From positions 17,050,001 to 17,114,000 of the forward strand of contig OZ059894.1 in NCBI GenBank assembly GCA_964057225.1: 64,000 nucleotides of DNA, written 5' to 3'. A model generated the notes under the pieces. It had not been told where the DNA came from and ran no database searches. It saw only the letters and a list, made by a program, of their open reading frames with translations. Both the position numbers and the translations under genes were made by a program. Below, one piece after another: positions 46,165 through 55,399 of the stretch (its first letter is position 1; every line of letters begins with the position of its first letter). The stretch comes from Auanema rhodensis (lineage: Eukaryota; Animalia; Nematoda).

Positions 46165-46397
46165 ATGCTTTATATATGTACACTACTAATAACTATATAT
46201 TTTATTCAAATACTATGTCCTGACGTTTTAATACTAACATCGGAATGAATATTTATATTCAATCAATATAGTTTTCTTTCACAAAACAATATCAAAAAAG
46301 GCCCACAGGTCTTATATCTTGCCAGTGGGGTTTTTTTGAGGAACAACAACAATATTTTACTACGAATATACTAGTTGACGGTTGACCACGCCTATAT

Positions 46398-46406
46398 TTT
46401 CGCGCC
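46398..46406 (+). promoter_or_regulatory. E2F/DP (EFL-1/DPL-1)-type site TTTCGCGCC upstream of dpy-30
   Basis: Exact match to the TTTSSCGC consensus, ~320 nt upstream of the dpy-30 ATG in AT-rich DNA. Confidence 0.5.
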
Positions 46407-46726
46407 ACTATTATGCATAGATATTTGAGTTGAGCGCGTAATATATTTTAATTTGACTGTACAGGTATATTTTTTTATTATCGATTTGATGAGCAGATGC
46501 GCCAAATTTTATTTCCTAGTTGTAATGCAAGTAAATTATTCGGCAAGTTTTGAACTGTATATTGAGTTAATTTGCATCTTTGAATAAATGTGAATTTGAT
46601 TTAAACTCTCATCTTTTAGCATTTTTCGTTCTTACATATATGTAGCATATATATATAAATAAATATATATATATATATATTTAACAAATTTAAACATTTT
46701 ATAAAGTAATTTAGATATAATTCAAA

Positions 46727-47242
46727 ATGAGTGAAGCTGCCGCTGAAACTGCCGTTGCTCCCGTTTTGGTATATTTTTGTATTTAATGTGAGAATTAATT
46801 TTTTTGCGAATTTGTTAGGATGACAAACCTCAGGAACCAATGGAGACTACTGAAACTCAAGAGCAACCCACATCTGAAGCTCCACCAGCTGAGGTAATGA
46901 ATTCCACCGTCAACGTCGTTATTGATTTCTCCCTTAAGGCTGCCCCAGCTGCTGAGGACAAGCAAGCTGCTCCAGCTCCTGCTGCTGCCCCAGCTCCTGT
47001 TACTGCTCCATCTGCTGGAAATGTTTCTCGTCCCCATACCACTATGCCAACCAGACAATACTTAGATCAAACTGTAGTACCAATCCTTCTCCAGGTATAT
47101 TCAATTTTTATTTTGAATTTTCATAACTTTAACTCAGGGTCTTGGAGCTCTCGCAAAGGACCGCCCAGAAAATCCTATTGAATATCTCGCCAATTTCTTG
47201 CTTAGAGAGAAAGAACGGTTTGCCCCTGCTACACAGGATTAA
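46727..47242 (+). CDS. dpy-30: DPY-30 (COMPASS / dosage compensation subunit)
   Basis: Four exons; Dpy-30 motif [42 protein letters not shown]. Confidence 0.96.
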
Positions 47243-47396
47243 TAAAATTATGTGTCGATTTTAACTAACCATTAACCCTGTGTAAAACCAAAAGTATGCT
47301 TTGGTATTTTTTTGTCCCTTGTTATGCTTGTGTTGTGTAACTTTGTTATTGCCTATATATTTCATGTTTCTCAGCGTAATATAAGGTGGATCTAAA

Positions 47397-47495
47397 AATA
47401 AAAGTTATTTAACAGTTTATTCAATTGAGCAATAGGTTTAATTACCTAGTATTTATAAAATCATTAATGCTCTATTTTCTAAGTGTATTTAACAG
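47397..47495 (+). promoter_or_regulatory. Operon intercistronic region: AATAAA, Ur-like stem-loop, trans-splice acceptor
   Basis: AATAAA at 47397-47402; TAGGT-ttaatt-ACCTA hairpin at 47433-47448; TATTTT at ~47473; TTTAACAG acceptor ending 47495, 2 nt before the rnp-1 ATG. Confidence 0.65.
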
Positions 47496-47496
47496 G

Positions 47497-49339
47497 ATGG
47501 TGAAATTGTTCATTGGAAATTTGGCTGAAACTGTTGATTCCAACAAAATTAAAAAAGTTTTTCAACAGTTTACACAAGTAACTGAGTGTGATGTGGTTAA
47601 GAACTACGCTTTTATTGTGAGATCACTATTTTTTCCTTGTAATAATATCATGTTCAGCGTGTTCCTGATGACGATGTAAACGAAATCATTACCCGTCTTG
47701 ATGGCTATATTATGGATGGGAAAGCTATACAGATTAAATTGTAAGATAGTAAACCAATTTGTTCATAAATTTGAATACAAACTAAGGTCTACATCTAAAT
47801 TACGAGCAGTTCCTGGTTTAACTAGTGCCCACTGTCTACGTTGTGCTTCTACCACTCATCGTACTCCTCAATGTCCTCAAGATCCTCAGAATCAGTCCGT
47901 TTTCTTTAGCTTTCAATAGAGAAGACGTCCTTTTCAGAGTCAAAGAGACTATAAAAATTGATCTAACAAAGAGTTTAAAGCGTGAAGGAGAAGCAATGTA
48001 TGTGTCATTGTACACTTTTGTAATTGGTTTAATTTATTTTAGATCTGGAGGTGAAACGAAGAAAACAATTTTATCTGATCAGGAAATACCTCGACCAGAT
48101 GAACCGTATGTTATCGATATGGTTCTCGATAATCATTTGTTTTCAGTGAGTTACAACATTTGTACGATGAATACCGTCGTACTCGACAACAGTACACTTA
48201 TTATCGCGATCTTCTAATTAAAGAAATTGAAGCTAAACGCGGTGTTGGAAATGTATATTCCGCTCAATCGAAGCCAACGATGACTTCTAACCAGTATTTT
48301 TTTACAGTTCTTTATTTAATTTTCAGGGCATCTTCTTATTTCTTAATATGCTCGCTCAAATTAATTTATCATAGATTTTTCGATATTGATGCTGTCGTTT
48401 AGCTCCATATATCTCATACTTTCTCATTCTCATTTGGTCGTTCCTATCATTAATATGTTTCGTATACCTTGTGATTGTTTCTTTCCTATCTTCTTATATT
48501 TTCGAATTCTTGGAATTGCTCATTTCTCGAATGCTGCGGAAGCGCGGTGGGTAACTCTCGGGGTTTCCGTTTTTACTATTCACTTTCGGGAAGTTGTCAT
48601 CTTCAACATCGTTTATCGATTTCGTTTTATCAGTGTCATTTTTACTTAGTGTCGTTCGTGTTTCGAAAATGGTCGTGCCCTCGTCTCACTATGACGCTGT
48701 TTAATTTTTCTCAGTGAACATCTCTGTTCACGCTTGTAATACCCAAATTCAATTTCTGTTTTCAGACTTTCTTCCGCTCCTGTATCTTACATATCATCTT
48801 CTGGAAACCCTGTATCATATACAGTTCCTGCAGTATCCGGCTCTCATCCTTATGGCGGTGCTCTTAAGGTATGAAAGTTTACTTTAAGATGTCTATTAAT
48901 TTTTCAATTTTTAGGCACCTTATGCTCCTTCCTTGAATGCTCCTTATGCTACATATAGCCCATCTACACAGGTTTGTTGTATTTTTGTGTTATCTAATTA
49001 ATATTCCATAACAGACGGGTAATTCCACGACATCCGGGACTACTCCAACATACGTAACGTGAGTAAAAGTAGACGATTCAGATTTAATCGGATTATATTT
49101 TTAGAAACGTCCAGGCTAACAGTATGCCTTCTGTCTCTACAACACAAGTGTCTGCATCAGGTTCGTAAAGTTAATTCCACGAAGATAAATAATTTTTTTT
49201 AGTCGGACTGTCATCGTATGGCTCTTTAGGGGGGACGATTACAGCTGGGGTGGGTCAAATGGGATGAAACGCGTAGTCAAATTTGCATTTATAGGCAGGT
49301 TCTGTCGGAGGTGGACTTGTGAAATTGAATATGCAGTGA
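47497..49339 (+). CDS. rnp-1: RRM + CCHC zinc-knuckle RNA-binding protein (Lark/RBM4-like)
   Basis: MVKLFIGNL...ECDVVKNYAFI (Lark-type RNP2/RNP1), knuckle CLRCASTTHRTPQC, and an S/T/P/Y-rich tail. It lies directly behind dpy-30, as in C. elegans. The stop is at 49339, or at 49267 if the last intron is retained. Confidence 0.85.
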
Positions 49340-49599
49340 TATTTGGAGTAATTATATAATTTTGAACGTTTACTTTGTAATTTGCAAGTTATTAGATGAT
49401 ACTACATGTCATTTGTACGCTAATGGAAACATATTTCCGATCTCAATGTTTGTATTTTAAACATTTAATAAAATCTTAAATATTTATTGATATTTACATA
49501 GAGGATCACCTCATGGAACTACATTAAGGGTACAATTTCTATATTTTTTTGTTAGTTGATCAAACTATTTGTAGTTCCTTAGTTAGTCATAGAATCAGA

Positions 49600-52500
49600 A
49601 TGTGGCTATCTCGTGTAAATGGTTTGATAAACAGACAATCACTAGGTAAGACTATTCTTCTTAAAGCAGCATTGCTAGAACAACTCCAGCTACGATAAAA
49701 GCGCAGAGAGAAAGAACTGCCATACTGAGAAGTATCATTTTTAATCAATGAAATGTTCAAAACTCACATTATAACCAGCGAGTATAAAGCCAAATCATTG
49801 GAACTGAGGCCTTGGGGTGCCCTTCTATTAATAAAATATATGATAAAAAGCGAAAAAAAAACAAATAAACCTGTTGCGTATGCGAATTTCAGCTTCTTCT
49901 TTGGGGCACCTGTCAAGCTCCATGAGTTCGATAATGTTGTCTGTGCTTCTATCCATTGTTTGCTCTAGCGGGAAGCGCGGAAACGTCAAAAACTGTTACA
50001 AAGTTTTACAATGTTCAATTTGTAATATTTTTCTGAATGGGAATTCAATTGAAACAGTAATTTTCAATTGCTCAAGTCAAGCTTTTCAATCGCCCTAAAT
50101 ACTTCCTTTATTCTATCAAGTAACTTTGACATTTGCTTAAATCAAAGCGTGTTAAGGCAAAATTTCAAAGTTACTAAACAAATATTGAAATAGTGAAGAT
50201 GAGTAAATATTAGAATTTACACGGGTCAGCTTCAAGCATGGAGATTTTATTTAAAAAAAAAGTGAAAACACAAAAAAAAGCTATACGTTTGCCATACATA
50301 TGAAGACGCCATATACTACTACATTTAAGTAAACATTCCCAGACAGAGGTCATCATATGTTGCTTTACTTAGAAGAATCTCAAGAAATATTTATCCATGT
50401 AATAAAGCGATTTTAATTAATCTTTTTCTTTGTTTCAGGTCAAATTGTTCGTAGTTACCATGCTGCTGGATACCAGTATGGCCATCTTCCTGATCCTCCA
50501 AAATCTTCATTTCTTCCTGAAGGTTGAAATTTTTATCCGAAAAATACTTAATATTAGTTTGCAGGTGGAATGAGTCCTGAGGACAGTCAGAGAATTCACT
50601 TAGTAAATGCTTATAGAAGATATGGATATCTACAAGCTGATCTTGATCCATTAAACCTGAAAAAACCTCAAGAGTTGGTTCAAGAATCAAACATTATGTA
50701 TGCTTTTTCTTTTTAGAGTATCTGAGTTGAACCCTGAGGTGTACGGGATTAATACGAGCGATGTTTTACCAGGAAAAGATTTGAGCATGAATGATTTAGC
50801 TGAGCAGTTGAAACTTATTTATTGTGGACCAATGGGTATTGAGTTTATGCATATCAATGTGAGTTCGTATACTTCACTATACAATATTGTACGAACCTTT
50901 TCAGAATTGGGAAGAAAGACAATGGCTATCTCAGAATTTTGAAAATGCTGTAGCAAGTGAGCTCACAAACGAAGAAAGAATTAAACTCGCTAAATTGATG
51001 ATCCGATGTGAAGTAAAACAATTGAATATTTTTTCTTTTGTAAATCATAATTATGTTCTAGGATTTTGATCACTTCTTAGCCACCAAGTTTTCCACTTTG
51101 AAGAAGTATGGAAGTGAAGGGGCTGAAGCTATGTATGGGTTCTTCAGTGAGCTATTTGATACTGCTCCTGAACATAATATTGAACAAGTATTGTTGATTC
51201 TGATATAAATTTTTGGAATTCATACTTTAGATTTTCATCGGCATCGCTCATAGAGGAAGATTGAACTTATTGAACGAAATGATGCAGTTTCCCACGGTAC
51301 AAATGTTTAGAAAGGTAAGCATGTGCACCTTGAAATTTTACTTAAAGAGTTTTAGATTCGAGGAAAAACGGAATTCCCTGAAGATGTTCAAGGATCAGGA
51401 GATGTACTGTCTCATCTCGGTAATTTCTCCACTTAGGATAACAATAAACTAGTTACAGTTTCTTCATTTGATCATACATCCAATGAAGGCAAAGTTCATA
51501 TATCAATGCTTCCCAATCCTTCTCACCTTGAAGCTGTTAACCCAGTAGCCATGGGCAAAGCTAGAGCTCGTGCACGGTTCGTTTCAAGATTGTAAAAAAT
51601 TTTCCAATCTTTTTATATTTAGTAGTTTGGGCGTAGGGGAATATAGTACTGATCGTGGTGCCCGTGTTGGAGATGGTGTTCTCTGTGCTTTGATTCATGG
51701 TGATGGGGCTTTCTCTGGACAGGTTTTTTTTATTTCAAAGAATTTTAGACTAATTTATTTCAAGGGAGTTACTTGGGAATCTCTGGCGTTGAGTAAGGCT
51801 CCTCACTTCCGTTTGGGTGGAACTGTTCATCTTATAACAAATAATCAAATTGCTTTTACTGCTGAATCTCACGTTGGAAGATCATCTACTCATTGCACAG
51901 GCTTGTTTAGTTGCAGATTCAGAAAAGCAATGAATTATTTTAGATATCGCCAAAGCATTCGAGTTCCCAGTCATTCATATCAATGGAGACCATCCAGAAG
52001 TAGAAATTACATAGATATTCTTTTCAAAAAGTTTTATATTTTTTAGGAAGTTGTAAAAGCTACTCGACTTGCTCTAGCTTACCGCCAAAAGTTCCGAAAG
52101 GACATCTTTATCAATCTTATCTGTTTCCGTAAATGGGGACATAACGAATTAGATGATCCCTCTTTTACCCAGCCTCTTATGTATAAAGTAATCTAATTTT
52201 TAAAAATTAACTTTTATTATTTAAATGTTTCAGCAAATCACTTCACGTCAGTCAGTTCCGCGTGAATATTGTGACTTTTTGATTGATGAAGGAGTTTTGA
52301 CTGAAGAGGAAATCAAAAAAGAGAAAGAACAGCATACAGCTAAGCTTTTGGAAGACTTTAGAGCTGTAGATAGTAGTAAACCAGAGTAAAAATACTAGGA
52401 ATTTGATTTTCTGATTTTAATACAATTTTAGAGTAAATCATCTTAATGGATATTGGAAGGGATTCAAACAAGCGCCTGCTGCCGTTGAAAAATGGGATAC

Positions 52501-55119
52501 TGGAGTTGATACTAATCTTCTAAAATTTGTTGGGGCAGCTTCTGCTTCATTTCCTGAAAATTTTGTACATCTAAAATAATATGAACAAGCGTATGATTTA
52601 AATCTTTCAGAATGTTCATCCACATATAAAAAAAACTCATTGTGAAGCTCGTGTAAATAAGCTTGTAGCTGGTGAAGGATTAGACTGGGCTACAGCTGAG
52701 GTTTAAAATGTTCTGGAAATCTTGCATATGATTTGTTTTTAGTCATTGGCTTTTGGTTCTCTCATCATGGAGGGCAATGATATTAGAATCAGTGGTCAAG
52801 ACGTTGGCCGTGGAACTTTCTGCAACAGGCATCCTTTTATATAATTGATGATTTTTATATTAATCATTTTAAGACATGCTATGCTTGTTGATCAATCTAC
52901 AGATGCCAATTATATTCCTTTGAATCATATTACAGAAGATCAAAAAGGATTCATTGAGGTCGCTAATAACTTACTTTCGGAAGAAGCTATTTTGGGATTT
53001 GAATTTGGATATTCTCTTGACAATCCTAACAGGTTATGTATTTGGGAAGCTCAGTTTGGAGACTTCTTCAATGGAGCTCAAATTATGATTGATACCTTCA
53101 TCGCTAGTGCTGAAAGTATTCATAATTGATATATGAAAACTAATCTTTTTGATTTAGGTAAGTGGCTAACTCAGTCAGGCTTGACCCTACTCCTTCCTCA
53201 CGGTTTCGACGGAGCTGGACCAGAACACAGTAGTTGTAGAATGGAGAGGTAGTTTTTCCACTCTTCTAGAAAGACAACATAGTTTCAGATTCCTTCAACT
53301 CTGCGACTCTAAAGAAGATCAGATCCCCGTTGATGGAGAAAACGTGAACTTCCGTGTAGCTAACCCTACCACCAGTGCTCAGTACTTCCACCTTCTCCGG
53401 AAGCAGGTGTCGTGTTTTACACATGTTTAGAAGTCTAAAATATTTTTACAGGTGGTCCCTAAATATCGTAAGCCTTTGGTAGTAGTAGGTCCTAAAATTC
53501 TTCTTCGCCATCCCAAGGTTAGCATTATTATCAATAACAATACGTTTAGCACAGTTTTTGTTATCAAAAGATGTACAATTGTGGTTTAGTATTATTAAGC
53601 AATAATATTTTTAAAAAATCTAAGTACCGCTCTTTCAGGCAGCATCATCATTGGCCGAGCTCGCTCCTGGAACGTCTTTCAAGGAGGTTATTTCTGATGA
53701 TACTTGTAATGCTCAGAACGTGAATAAGGTAATAAGATTTTATAAATATCTATATTTTTCTCATAATTCTTTTATTAAGATTATTTTTGTTTCTGGAAAG
53801 CACTGGATTGCTGTTGAGAAGGCTCGGGATGAACGTGGACTTAAAGATTCCGTAGCTATTGTTCGCTTGGAAAGTTTATGTCCATTCCCTGTTCAGGGAC
53901 TTCAAGATACTTTGAAGAAATACCCCAAGGCTACAAGTAGGTTATTCCTGTTTGCATTTATTTTTACTTGACCCAACTTTTGTTCCCCCGTTATTTGCTC
54001 CCGGAAGAGGTAATAGTTAAATAACAGTAGTAGTAGGCTCTAGACAGGTGTACATAATGACCGTAACTAACCTTTTATCTGAAGATTAGGGATAACAATA
54101 TCTTCCCTGAGATCAAAAAATGGCAGCTGTAACTAGAGGCATATCCGTTATTTCATTCGTATACTCTAGAAGCCATGTGGCAGGTGCAGCCATCATTGTC
54201 TTAGTTTAGAAGGTTCAAGGACTGCAACCTTGTTGTTTCTTCTCAATTGCCCTCTTCACAGTTCCACTATGTCATCATAGTATTAGACAATTAGAGATTA
54301 CTGGACTTGATTGTGTTGCGAATCCCTGGTATGTACGATGTTTTTGCTACATTCTAAGCATTCGAAACTGTGGGTTTATGGGATTCTAATGGCCTTGACA
54401 AATTGGGTTGTTTAACTCAAATGTTTCATCTGCTCTTTTAACAGTTCTGACTAATGTGACTGTTGGATTAAAAATGAAATCTGAATATTTGTTGCCAATT
54501 ATCTGAAATTTATCTGTCGGAATGAAGTTAACTGAAATAGGCGGTAGTGGATCAAAAGAAACTGTCCATTAAAAGACAATAATGGTGACACCTCTTATGA
54601 AAAGATTTGGTGAGAATGGAAGCAATTTTATTTGGTTCGAACTCGCTTTAACGATATTTCGCCGTGAGAATGAGCCTATTATGTCACCGGACAAACAGTT
54701 TTATATCTTTAAGTTTTTGGGTTTATCGTTTTAAGAATTCATCTCGAAAAATGAATTACTTTGCCATGTGTTTTAAAATTTTTCTTTGGAAATAGCTTAA
54801 AGAAAGTAACGAAATAAATGTAAACAAGTTGTATCATTATTAGCTAGCAATAGAATGGAAAATTAACGTTAACATTTTTTTAAGATTTCGTTTGGTCTCA
54901 GGAAGAACCCCGTAACGCCGGAGCTTGGTCATTTGTACGCCCCCGTTTCGAGAATGCTCTTGGTCTTACTGTGAGTATTTCTATATATATGGTTTTGTGT
55001 ACATTAAAATTTTTTAGCCTAAATATGCTGGACGTAAAGAATTAGCCTGGACTGCGACTGCCATTGCTGAAATTCACGCAAAAGAATTTGAAGATGTCAT
55101 TAATCAGACATTTGCCTAA
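49600..55119 (+). CDS. ogdh-2: 2-oxoadipate/2-oxoglutarate dehydrogenase E1 (DHTKD1 type)
   Basis: [19 protein letters not shown], ThDP motif [67 protein letters not shown] (DHTKD1-type HSSCR) and [11 protein letters not shown] at 55117-55119. Confidence 0.95.
49661..49956 (-). CDS. 68-aa tail-anchored membrane microprotein nested antisense in DHTKD1 intron 1
   Basis: Exons 49956-49871, 49824-49768 and 49724-49661 total 207 nt. The introns are 46 and 43 nt, GT-AG, and phases join without a stop: [68 protein letters not shown]. Confidence 0.78.
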
Positions 55120-55399
55120 AACTGTTATTCAGTTTTAAAAACAAAATCAGGAAATTATTATAGCATAGGTGCCTGTGAGGTTTTATAAACCTAAATAGTT
55201 ATTGTTTTCAAATTTTATTTCTTTGAGGGATTCTTTTTACGGTTTTTTTTTGTATAAATGAAACAGCTCTATTTTGTATTCTAGTTTTTTAAGTTTCTCA
55301 GCATGATAAGAATAACTTCGAAGTTACGAGCATTTTAACCTTCAAAAAACGATGCGACAAGTACCTTTCTATTATCCTATTCATATGGAAATGGATGAT

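Noticed and set aside
47435-47446. SL1 RNA gene
   Set aside because: Only 12 of 22 leader nucleotides match, with no following donor or Sm site. Kept only as an intercistronic hairpin.
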